NCBI GenBank assembly: GCA_034667685.1
Contig: JAXDQU010000021.1
Span: forward strand, 1 to 64,000
Reading direction: 5' to 3'
Source of the DNA: Thermoplasmata archaeon
Lineage (GTDB): Archaea > Thermoplasmatota > SW-10-69-26 > JACQPN01 > JAJPHT01
Length of the DNA stretch: 64,000 nucleotides
Made by a program: the position numbers and the translations under genes. The notes under the pieces were generated by a model, which worked only from the letters and a program-made list of their open reading frames with translations, was not told where the DNA came from and ran no database searches. Positions 27,381 to 35,827 of the stretch are shown here, piece after piece (position 1 is the stretch's first letter; every line of letters begins with the position of its first letter).

Positions 27381-29357
27381 ATGACCCGCCTCGCGGTCCT
27401 GCTGATGCTCGCCATGACGCTCACGCCGGTCGTCCACGCCCAGTCGACGATGCCACCCGCGGGCGTCTGGACGGTCCACACGACGCTCGACGCCGACGTC
27501 AAGGGGGGCTACGCGACGGTCCACGTGATCGCCGACATCGCGAACCGCGGGCGCGATCCCGAGTTCCCCTTCCGCGTGCAGGTCCCCGACGACGCGCTCG
27601 TCACCGGCCTCACCATCACGCGCGACGGCGAGACGTTCGAGGCGCAGATCGCCCCGCGTGACGCGGCGCGCACCGAGTACGAGCAGCAGAAGAGCCAGGG
27701 CCAGACGACGGGGCTCGTGGAGAAGCAGCGCCACAGCGCGACGTACGAGTACCTGATCAACGTCGCGGACCGCACGAGCGTGCGCGCCGTGCTGACGTAC
27801 GAGGAGCACCTCGTGGCGGACCGCGGCGTCTACAACCTTTCGATGGAGGCGCCGGTCTCCGGCTTCGGCCAGGACACGGGCGCCACGTTCCACGTCGCGA
27901 TCGCGGACCCGGCGGGCATCGCGGCCGCGTGGGGCACGCCCGACGCCCAGGCCTCGCGCGCGGGCGCCGCGTGGACGCTCGACCGCGCCGTGGGCCCGCG
28001 CTCCAGCGATGCGTCCACGCCGTTCACCGCCTCGTACGCGCTCGCGGGCGCCGACGCGGCGGGCGGCTCGCTCCTCACCTACGTCCTCAACGGCACCGGC
28101 TACTTCGCGCACCGCATCGTCGCGCCCCCCGACGCGGCGCGCCTGCCCGTCGACATGGTGCTCGTGCTCGACGTCTCCGGAAGCATGTCGGGCCTGAAGA
28201 TCGCGCAGCTGCGCGACGCGGCCGACCAGGTCGTCCGCGCCATGGAATCCGACGACACGCTCCACCTCGTCATCTTCAGCAGCAGCGCGTCGAGCCCGTG
28301 GAGCGGCATGCGCGCGATGGACGCCGCCGGACGCGCAGCGGCCGAGCGGGAAATCGACGCGCTCCTGGCCGGCGGCGGCACGAACATCGAGGCCGCGCTG
28401 AAGGAAGGATTCGCGCCGATCGCGGACTTGCGTAGCGAGACGCGCCTGCCCCTGGTCGCGTTCCTGACCGACGGGCAGCCCACCGTGGGCGCCACGAGCC
28501 ACGAGGCGCTCCTCGGCCTGGCGAGCCGCCTCGACGCGAACGGAGCGCCCGTCTACACCGTCGCGTTCGGCGCCGACGCCGACTACGGCCTCCTCCACGC
28601 CCTCGCCATGCAGCACCAGGGCGCCGCGCTCCAGGTCCCCGAGGGCGCGGGCGCCGAGGTGGACCTGCGCCGCTTCCTCGCCACGCTCGCCACGCCCACG
28701 CTGCGTGATATCACGATCGACTACGGCCCCGGCGTCGTCGCGCGCGCCGCCGACGCGCCCGTCCTCCTGGCCGGCAGCGAGCGCCTCGTGGTGGGCACGT
28801 TCGACCCCGCGCTCGGCATGGGCAGCGTGACCGTGCGCGCGGTGGCGCCCGACGGCCCGCGCTCGTGGACCGTGGAGCCGCAGGCCGCGCCCGACGCGAC
28901 GTGGCTGCCGCGCCTCGTGGCCTACCAGCAGGTGCGCGCGCTGCAGGACGCGCTCGATGCGGGCGACGCGCCCACCGACGCGGGGACGAAGCTGCGCGAC
29001 CTCGGGCTCGCGTGGCATTTCGTGACCGACGAGACGAGCCTCGTGCTCGCGCTGGAGCCCGCACCCACGTCGCCGCCCCCGTGCGACTGCCGCATGGAAG
29101 GCGCGCCCACGGCCACGAGCGACTCCACTTCGTCGGGCAGCGCCTACCGCGCGACCGACGCGAGCACGGCGTCCCCCGGCCCGCGCCCCGCCTCCGCCAC
29201 GCCCGCCGGCTCCCCCGTGACGCCCACGGCCTTCGCAAGCCCCCAGGCGCAGGAGCCCCCCGAGCGAGCGCCCTCCGCGCAGGTGCCGGGCCCGAGCGTC
29301 GCGCTCGTGCTCGTGGGCCTCGCCGCCGTCGCGCTGCTGGCTCGCCGGAGGCGCTGA
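27381..29357 (+). CDS. Secreted VIT + vWA domain protein with PGF-CTERM-like anchor
   Basis: Signal peptide, VIT domain, DVSGSM MIDAS, GGTN, FLTDG; VPGP-TM-RRRR. Confidence 0.9.
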   Translation: MTRLAVLLMLAMTLTPVVHAQSTMPPAGVWTVHTTLDADVKGGYATVHVIADIANRGRDPEFPFRVQVPDDALVTGLTITRDGETFEAQIAPRDAARTEYEQQKSQGQTTGLVEKQRHSATYEYLINVADRTSVRAVLTYEEHLVADRGVYNLSMEAPVSGFGQDTGATFHVAIADPAGIAAAWGTPDAQASRAGAAWTLDRAVGPRSSDASTPFTASYALAGADAAGGSLLTYVLNGTGYFAHRIVAPPDAARLPVDMVLVLDVSGSMSGLKIAQLRDAADQVVRAMESDDTLHLVIFSSSASSPWSGMRAMDAAGRAAAEREIDALLAGGGTNIEAALKEGFAPIADLRSETRLPLVAFLTDGQPTVGATSHEALLGLASRLDANGAPVYTVAFGADADYGLLHALAMQHQGAALQVPEGAGAEVDLRRFLATLATPTLRDITIDYGPGVVARAADAPVLLAGSERLVVGTFDPALGMGSVTVRAVAPDGPRSWTVEPQAAPDATWLPRLVAYQQVRALQDALDAGDAPTDAGTKLRDLGLAWHFVTDETSLVLALEPAPTSPPPCDCRMEGAPTATSDSTSSGSAYRATDASTASPGPRPASATPAGSPVTPTAFASPQAQEPPERAPSAQVPGPSVALVLVGLAAVALLARRRR

Positions 29358-29408
29358 GCGCGCGGAAGAGACTTACCCGCCGCGCGCATTGGGGCGCCGG
29401 GTTTCCAC

Positions 29409-29906
29409 ATGGCGAAAGGACTCTGGCCCGTGATCAACGTCAACGACGTCTCGAAGTCCGTCGAGTTCTACAAGGGGCTCGGCCTCAAGGCGACCGAGGA
29501 GGACGCCGACATGCCCGGCGCGGAAGGCATGACGTTCGGAATGCTCGACTTCGGCGAGTCGGGCATCATCATCTGGAACAAGCACAACGTCCCGCCCGAC
29601 CAGCCCGCCGACACGCGCGCGTGGACCTCCGGCGAGCTGGGCAAGGGCGTCCTCTTCACGATCGGCGTGCCCAACGCCAAGAAGTCGTGGGAGAAGGCGC
29701 AGGCCATGCGCGTCACGGTCGACACGCCGCTCGAAGCGCAGCCCTGGGGTGGGTCCGGCTTCAACGTCGTCGACCCCGACGGCTACGTCGTCAACGTCAC
29801 CGACAAGTTCCCCGACATGTCGCCGCCGAAGAAGGCCACGCGCAAGCCGGCAAAGAAAGCCAAGGCGGCCAAGAAGGCGACGAAGAAGTCGGGCAAGAGG
29901 CGCTGA
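29409..29906 (+). CDS. VOC/glyoxalase family protein with Lys/Ala-rich tail
   Basis: V.DV.KSVEFY..LG, QPWG, DPDGY. Confidence 0.88.
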   Translation: MAKGLWPVINVNDVSKSVEFYKGLGLKATEEDADMPGAEGMTFGMLDFGESGIIIWNKHNVPPDQPADTRAWTSGELGKGVLFTIGVPNAKKSWEKAQAMRVTVDTPLEAQPWGGSGFNVVDPDGYVVNVTDKFPDMSPPKKATRKPAKKAKAAKKATKKSGKRR

Positions 29907-30093
29907 GCCCCGCACCGACGTCCGCTTCGAGCGCGCCGTGCTGGACTTCCTCCGCGCCACCGACGCGCTTCGCCCCGAGCGCGAGCGCTTCGACGCGCCC
30001 GACGCCGTGGAGCGCCGCATCGCCGAGGCGGAGCACGACGCGGCCAAGTGGCGCATCGTGCTGCAGGCGGCGGCGAGCTGGAGCTGACCAGCT

Positions 30094-30912
30094 TCAGTGG
30101 CCGGAGAAGTTCGGCACCCTCTTTTCCACGTACGCCGCGATGCCTTCCTTGGCATCCTTGGACGCGAAGAGCTGGGCCTGCAGCTCGCGCTCCAGGGCGA
30201 GGGCCTCTTCGAGCGGGATCTCGGCGCCGGTCTGCACCGCGCGCTTGATCATGCCGACCGCGAAGCTCGCCTTGTTGGGCGGGCAGTACTGCTTGGCGTA
30301 GTCCATGACCGTCTTGCGGAAGGTGTTGGCGTCGCCCTCGAGGATGTCGTTGACGATGCCGTGCTTGACGGCCTCCTCGAAGGTGAAGTTGCGGCCCGTG
30401 ACCATCATCTCGATGGCGAGGGGCTTGCCCACGAGGCGGACGAGGCGCTGCGTGCCGCCGGTGCCGGGGAGCACGCCGAGGTTGACCTCGGGGAGGCCGA
30501 TCTTGCCCGCGTCCTTGCGCGCGATGCGGATGTCCGCCGCCATGGCGATCTCGAGGCCGCCGCCCACGGTGTGGCCGTTGAGGGCCGCGATGACGAGCTT
30601 GGGCGTGTGCATGAGGCGGTTGAGCGTCTCGTTGGCGTGGAGGCAGAACTGGTACTTCCAGGCCGGCGTGACGCTGTTGAGCATGCCGATGTTCGCGCCG
30701 GCGCTGAAGAACTTCTCGCCCTTGCCGGTGAGCAGGAGGACGTGCACCTGGTCGTCGAAGCGCGCCTTGAGGATGGCCTCGTCGAGCTGGCGCATCATCT
30801 CGTGCGTGTACGTGTTGGCCGGCGGGTCGTCGAGCTCGATGACGGCGACGCCATCCTCGACGTGGTAGTTGATGACCTTCTTGTTGGGGTCGGGCTTCCA
30901 GGTGCCGGTCAT
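30094..30912 (-). CDS. Enoyl-CoA hydratase/isomerase
   Basis: FSAGAN, ALNGHTVGGGLE, GLPEV.LG.LPG.GGTQRL; AGGAG SD before ATG 30912. Confidence 0.93.
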   Translation of the reverse strand: MTGTWKPDPNKKVINYHVEDGVAVIELDDPPANTYTHEMMRQLDEAILKARFDDQVHVLLLTGKGEKFFSAGANIGMLNSVTPAWKYQFCLHANETLNRLMHTPKLVIAALNGHTVGGGLEIAMAADIRIARKDAGKIGLPEVNLGVLPGTGGTQRLVRLVGKPLAIEMMVTGRNFTFEEAVKHGIVNDILEGDANTFRKTVMDYAKQYCPPNKASFAVGMIKRAVQTGAEIPLEEALALERELQAQLFASKDAKEGIAAYVEKRVPNFSGH

Positions 30913-30947
30913 GCGCAGGACACTCCTGATTGGCGTGGCCATCCTTG

Positions 30948-31574
30948 GGGGGGTCATAAAGGGTTTGCCCCTCGTCCGGGCCGCTCGCGGGCTCCGCATG
31001 CGACGACGCGACGGGCGCGACGACCGCGACGGCGAGGTGAGGCGATTCCCGGAGGAGAGTCAAGCCAACCTCACGCATGCCCTCGGCGATGATGCGGCTT
31101 CGGGATGTTTCGGACGAGACCAATCGGCTCGCGCGCATGGTGATGGACGCCTCGCTCGAAGTCCACCGAGCGCTGGGCCCCGGGCTCCGCGAGGCGGATT
31201 ACCAGGATTGCCTCGTGTTCGAGCTTGAAGAGCGTGGGCTCTCCGTGTCCAAGGAGACACGCCTCCCCCTGCGATACAAGGACCGCATCCTCCTGAGAGG
31301 GAGCCGCGTCGACCTCGTCGTCGAGGAAAGGTTGCCGGTCGAACTGAAGGCGGTGGAGAGCCTGCACCCGAAGCACTTCCTCCAGGCGCGTTCTTACGTG
31401 AAATTCGGGGGCCACGACCTCGGCGTCCTCGTGAACTTCAACGAAGCGCGCCTGGTCGACGGCTGGCATCGCGTGCTCCCTGGGCGGCCCTCCGTCCACG
31501 TCGCGCGCGTCGCGCCCGCCGCGTCGTCGCATGCGGAGCCGGCGGGGCCCCGCCCCAACGATTTATGACCCCCC
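30948..31574. mobile_element. Putative GxxExxY cassette bounded by nested inverted repeats
   Basis: 13/13 IR (30948-30960 / 31562-31574) and 42/46 IR (30986-31031 / 31499-31544). Confidence 0.55.
31077..31568 (+). CDS. GxxExxY protein (PD-(D/E)xK nuclease superfamily)
   Basis: VHRALGPGLREADY, RVDLVVE...VELKAV, Q..SY, G.LVNF; start uncertain (31077/31089/31092). Confidence 0.92.
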   Translation: MPSAMMRLRDVSDETNRLARMVMDASLEVHRALGPGLREADYQDCLVFELEERGLSVSKETRLPLRYKDRILLRGSRVDLVVEERLPVELKAVESLHPKHFLQARSYVKFGGHDLGVLVNFNEARLVDGWHRVLPGRPSVHVARVAPAASSHAEPAGPRPNDL

Positions 31575-31592
31575 TCCGGGTTCGCCGCCCCC

Positions 31593-32741
31593 ATGACGAA
31601 GGCGCAGTACAAGGTCGCGCTCCTGCCCGGCGACGGCGTGGGCAAGGAAGTGCTCGCGGAAGGCAAGCGCGTCCTCGACGCGGCCTCCGAGCGCTTCGGC
31701 CTCCACCTCGCGTACCAGGAGTACGCCTGCGGCGGCGAGTATTACCTCAAGACCGGCAAGGAGTGGGAGCCCGAGGCGTTCCCCTACTGCCGCGACGAGG
31801 CGGACGCGATCCTGCTGGGCGCGGTCGGCTGGCCCGGCGCGAACCTCCCCTCGGGCGACATCGCGGGCGCGGGCATCGTCTTCGGGCTGCGCTTCGGGCT
31901 CGACCTGTACGCCAACGTGCGCCCGACCAAGCTGTACCCGGGCGTCAAGCACAAGATCGGCAACCAGTTCATGGACGTCTGGCAGCCGAAGAACGTCGAC
32001 TTCGTCATCATCCGCGAGAACACGGAGGGCCTCTACACGCCCGCGCGCGGCTGGCTCAAGCGCGGCTACGGCGAAGGGCTCGAAGGCCTCGCGGAGGTCG
32101 CGACCGACACGAACATCATCACGCGCAAGGGCGCCGAGCGCGTCAGCCGCAAGGCGTTCGAGCTCTCCATGCAGCGCGGCAAGGGCGCGCCCAAGGACGG
32201 CAGGAAGCGCGTCACGTGCATCGACAAGGCCAACGTGCTGCGCGGCTCGCAGCTCTTCCGCGCCGTCTACGACGAGGTCGCCAAGGGCTTCCCCGCCGTC
32301 GAGAAGGACTACGCCTACGTGGACGCCTTCACGCAGTGGATCGTCCGCAACCCCGAAGGGTACGACGTCGCGGTCGCGTCCAACATGCTCGGCGACATCG
32401 TGACCGACCTTGCGGCGGTGCTCCAGGGCGGCATGGGCATGGCGGCCTCGGGCAACATCGGCGACAGGCACGCGATGTTCGAGCCCATCCACGGCAGCGC
32501 GCCCAAGCACGCCGGCCAGTCGGTCAGCAACCCGATCGCCACCGTCGGCGCGGCGCAGATGATGCTCGAGTGGCTCGGCCACAAGCACGGCGACCGCAAG
32601 ATGATCGACGCCGCCCACGCGCTCGACCGCGCCGTCGCGCACGTCGTCGCCGAGGGCAAGGCGCTCACCTACGACCTGGGCGGCTCCGCCAAGACGCACG
32701 AGTGCGGCGAGGCGATCGCGAAGGCCGTTAGGGTAGCCTGA
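31593..32741 (+). CDS. Isocitrate/isopropylmalate dehydrogenase family enzyme
   Basis: LPGDGVG.E, YANVRP, IRENTEGLY, DKANV, FEPIHGSAP. Confidence 0.93.
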   Translation: MTKAQYKVALLPGDGVGKEVLAEGKRVLDAASERFGLHLAYQEYACGGEYYLKTGKEWEPEAFPYCRDEADAILLGAVGWPGANLPSGDIAGAGIVFGLRFGLDLYANVRPTKLYPGVKHKIGNQFMDVWQPKNVDFVIIRENTEGLYTPARGWLKRGYGEGLEGLAEVATDTNIITRKGAERVSRKAFELSMQRGKGAPKDGRKRVTCIDKANVLRGSQLFRAVYDEVAKGFPAVEKDYAYVDAFTQWIVRNPEGYDVAVASNMLGDIVTDLAAVLQGGMGMAASGNIGDRHAMFEPIHGSAPKHAGQSVSNPIATVGAAQMMLEWLGHKHGDRKMIDAAHALDRAVAHVVAEGKALTYDLGGSAKTHECGEAIAKAVRVA

Positions 32742-32771
32742 GCGAAAGCCGCGCCCCAGGGGTGCGCCATC

Positions 32772-33431
32772 ATGGTCAGCCACACGGTGCTGCAGGCGCC
32801 CGGCGCTCGGCCGACGTGGACCGCCATCGTCACCGACGCCGAATGCCACGCGCATCTGCGGGCCCAGTGGGTGGGCGCGCTGGCCGACGGCCCTGCGAGC
32901 CTGGTCGATCCGATCCTCAGCAAGCTCGGGGGCGCGTCGCCCGAGGTCAACGAGTCGGACGCCGCGGCCGCGCGCTCGGGAGATGGCCAACCCTCGGGTC
33001 GGGTGGCCCCGCGCGTCACGTCCTGCAAGTCGAGCGACGAGCACGTCTTCATGTATGGCGGCGGCGGACCCAGCGATTCCTTGACCCACAAGAACGGCTA
33101 CCTTGATTTTTGCTACGATGGCAGCACGGCATGGATCAGCGCGCAGTCCGGCAACTGCCAGGGATCGACGGAGCCCTGGTGGTCGTGGGTCGTGGACGCC
33201 TGCTATCTCGACCGGACGATCAACGGTCCCGACTACGCGGTGCGGGAAGGCCACGGGAACTACCACTGTGACCCGACCACGATCTCGCCGTGCAATTTCC
33301 ACAGCGAATACTACCACTCGCTTTACGACTCGGAGACGGGGCGCTGGGATGGCTACACGGCGTGCAGCTACAGTTGGACCGGAACCATTTCGTTCGGCGT
33401 GACGAATGAGTACCTCCAAGGTTGCCAGTGA
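32772..33431 (+). CDS. Hypothetical Cys/Tyr/Trp-rich protein (start uncertain)
   Basis: Open frame with 8 Cys in the C-terminal half, lower GC3, stop overlaps the next ATG. Confidence 0.5.
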   Translation: MVSHTVLQAPGARPTWTAIVTDAECHAHLRAQWVGALADGPASLVDPILSKLGGASPEVNESDAAAARSGDGQPSGRVAPRVTSCKSSDEHVFMYGGGGPSDSLTHKNGYLDFCYDGSTAWISAQSGNCQGSTEPWWSWVVDACYLDRTINGPDYAVREGHGNYHCDPTTISPCNFHSEYYHSLYDSETGRWDGYTACSYSWTGTISFGVTNEYLQGCQ

Positions 33432-33829
33432 TGCGCCCTGCACTCTGGGTGACGGCGGCCGCAGGGGTCGCCGCCATCCTCCTCGCCCTTGTCTTCGTCG
33501 CCGTCGGGACCCCGGGCTCCTCCAGGACCGAGGGCGCGGGCGCTGGAGGAGTCGCCTGGCTGCGGTCGCCCGTGGCGCTCCTCCCCGGCGCGTGCGGCGC
33601 GGTCGTCCTCGCGGGCGTGTGGGCGAGGTCGCGTGCGCTGATGTGGCCCGGTGCGGCCGCGCTCCTCATCTTCTCCTTGGTCTTCTTCCTGGGGGTCGGC
33701 GCGTGGTTCCTCCCGTTCGCGCTCCTCGCGCTGGGCAGCCTCCTCCGCGAGACATGGGTCGAGGACGACGTGATGGCGCGCACCGCGAGGAAGCTTCGTC
33801 GGGGCGTGTCCGGCGGCCCACGACGCTGA
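33431..33829 (+). CDS. Small multi-TM membrane protein
   Basis: TGATG coupling; 3-4 hydrophobic segments. Confidence 0.6.
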   Translation: MRPALWVTAAAGVAAILLALVFVAVGTPGSSRTEGAGAGGVAWLRSPVALLPGACGAVVLAGVWARSRALMWPGAAALLIFSLVFFLGVGAWFLPFALLALGSLLRETWVEDDVMARTARKLRRGVSGGPRR

Positions 33830-33872
33830 GCGCCCGTTTCCTTCATAGGGGCCCGTAGCCTCCCCGCTCGTG

Positions 33873-34715
33873 ATGCGTCGGGTCGCCCTGTTGGCCCTCC
33901 TGCTCGCTGCCCCCGCCCTCCTCGCCGGCTGCTTCGGCGCCAGCGCCTCGCAGGTGGACGTCGCGCCCTACCTGCCGCTCAACGACGCGCAACCCGGCCG
34001 CGCCACCGAGGTCGCGCTCTTCCTGCGCAGCACGTCCTCGTTCAAGGAGCACTACGACGTGAAGCAGGACGGCATGCCCGCGGGCTGGACGTTCGAGCCC
34101 CACCCCAAGAGCCTCGACCTGGGCGGCGGCAAGACGTCGTTCCTCGTGGCGCGCGTGACGCCCGCGCTGGACGCCACGTACGGGCCGCACGCCTTCGACG
34201 TCATGGTGGGCGACACGCGCGCGACCGTCACGGTCAACGTGAAGGACCTCGGCCGCGAGCCGGCACGCGCGGGCGTCGGGGCGCAGGTCTACTACGTGCT
34301 CTTCGGCGACAACGGCACCGTGCTGGAGACCAACGAGCCCACGGTCAAGGACCAGCCCGGCGTCAAGCAGACGCCCCTCGACAACGGCACGCCCGACCTC
34401 ACGCCGCTGAAGGTCTACGTCGGCGGCCAGCGCGGCACGCCCCCGCCCGAGCCGTACAACTCCACCGGCTGCGCGGCGCCGCCGTGCTATCACCCTGTCA
34501 TCGAGGGTTTCGACGCGCGCCTGCGCGACGCGGGCGACGGCAACGGCATGGTCGCGGGCGACACGCTCGTCGCGCTCATCCCCAAGGAGCGCGCCTACAC
34601 CTACGCCGGCAACGAGCAGCACCCGCTCTACGGGCAGAACCTCAACTTCGTCATCCGCGTCGTGTCGGTGGACGACCTCGGGAAGTCGTGCCCGCTGCCC
34701 GTTTGCACGTCTTGA
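33873..34715 (+). CDS. Lipoprotein with C-terminal FKBP-like domain
   Basis: LAGC lipobox; VIEGFD...GM..G....IP..RAY, HPLYGQNLNF.I.V. Confidence 0.8.
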   Translation: MRRVALLALLLAAPALLAGCFGASASQVDVAPYLPLNDAQPGRATEVALFLRSTSSFKEHYDVKQDGMPAGWTFEPHPKSLDLGGGKTSFLVARVTPALDATYGPHAFDVMVGDTRATVTVNVKDLGREPARAGVGAQVYYVLFGDNGTVLETNEPTVKDQPGVKQTPLDNGTPDLTPLKVYVGGQRGTPPPEPYNSTGCAAPPCYHPVIEGFDARLRDAGDGNGMVAGDTLVALIPKERAYTYAGNEQHPLYGQNLNFVIRVVSVDDLGKSCPLPVCTS

Positions 34716-34727
34716 GTCCTTCCCCCT

Positions 34728-34796
34728 CCAGCCACGGAGGACACAGAGGTCACAGAGGACAGTTCTTCCTTCGTCCTCTGTGTCCTCCGTGGCTGG
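34728..34796. repeat. CCAGCCAC(A/G)GAGG family palindrome
   Basis: ccagccacggaggacacagagg...cctctgtgtcctccgtggctgg. Confidence 0.9.
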
Positions 34797-34843
34797 CCGC
34801 CAAGGGCGATACACCCAAGCGCGAAGGGAAAGCTCGCAGCATC

Positions 34844-35737
34844 GTGTTCGAGCAGGTCACGCCCACGGTCCGCTACGCGAAGGCGCCCACCGCGATCGGC
34901 GTGGCCACGCGCGGCGACGACGCGCTGCTCATCGACACGGGGCTCGACGAGAACCTCGTGCGCAAGGTCGTCAACGCCCTGGCGAACGAGGGCAAGACCG
35001 TCCGCGCCATCGTGAACACGCACGCGCACGCCGACCACATCGGCGGGAACGCGTTCGCGGTGAAGCGCACGGGCGCGAGGGTCGTGGCGCCGCACTACGA
35101 GCACTTCTTCGTGGAGCGGCCCGACCTGGAGCCGTGGACGCTCTTCGGCGCCGCCGCGCCCCACGCGCTCTCAGGGAAGTTCCTCCAGGCGCAGCCCAGC
35201 CGCGTCGACCACGCCGTCGTTGGCGAGGGGACGCAGGACGTCGCGGGCTTCCAGCTCGCGTTCCGCAGCCTGCCGGGGCACAGCGTCCACCAGATGGGCG
35301 TGGAGGTGGACGGCGTGCTCTTCGTGGGCGACGCGGTGCTGCCGCCCGACGTGCTATCGAAATACGGCCTCGTCTTCGCCGTCGACCCGATCGCGGCGCG
35401 CGCGAGCACCGAGCGCCTGCTGCAGCTCGCTCCCCCGCACGTCGTCGCCTACCACGGCGGCTACGTGCACGACCTCGCGGGCGCGGTGCGGGCGAACGCC
35501 GAGGCGATGCGCGAGGCCGAGGAGACCCTCCTGCGCGCGCTGGCGCGGGGGCCGGCGGGCGAGGACGACCTGCACGCGGCGCTGCTCGACCGCTTCCCGG
35601 CGACCGCGCGCTCGGTCGAGCTGCACGCGCTCCACCGCGCGACGGTCCGGGGCTATCTTTCCGCGCTGGAGCGGGCGGGGCGCGTCGAGGCGCTGCTCGA
35701 CGGGAGCCGTCTGCTCTGGCGCCTCCGCGAAAAATGA
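34844..35737 (+). CDS. Metallo-beta-lactamase fold hydrolase
   Basis: LIDTG, THAHADHIGG, PGHS, GDA, HG. Confidence 0.9.
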   Translation: MFEQVTPTVRYAKAPTAIGVATRGDDALLIDTGLDENLVRKVVNALANEGKTVRAIVNTHAHADHIGGNAFAVKRTGARVVAPHYEHFFVERPDLEPWTLFGAAAPHALSGKFLQAQPSRVDHAVVGEGTQDVAGFQLAFRSLPGHSVHQMGVEVDGVLFVGDAVLPPDVLSKYGLVFAVDPIAARASTERLLQLAPPHVVAYHGGYVHDLAGAVRANAEAMREAEETLLRALARGPAGEDDLHAALLDRFPATARSVELHALHRATVRGYLSALERAGRVEALLDGSRLLWRLREK

Positions 35738-35827
35738 TCGCACTATAAACCGGAACCTTCGCGGTCTCCCGCAATCCTCAAACCTCTATCACGGCGTCTG
35801 CGCGATCGGCATCCAGGAGATGCGATC

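Noticed and set aside
29938-30087. Possible 49-aa ORF (VLDFLRATDAL...)
   Set aside because: No clear start signal or motif; may be a gene remnant, so it was not called.
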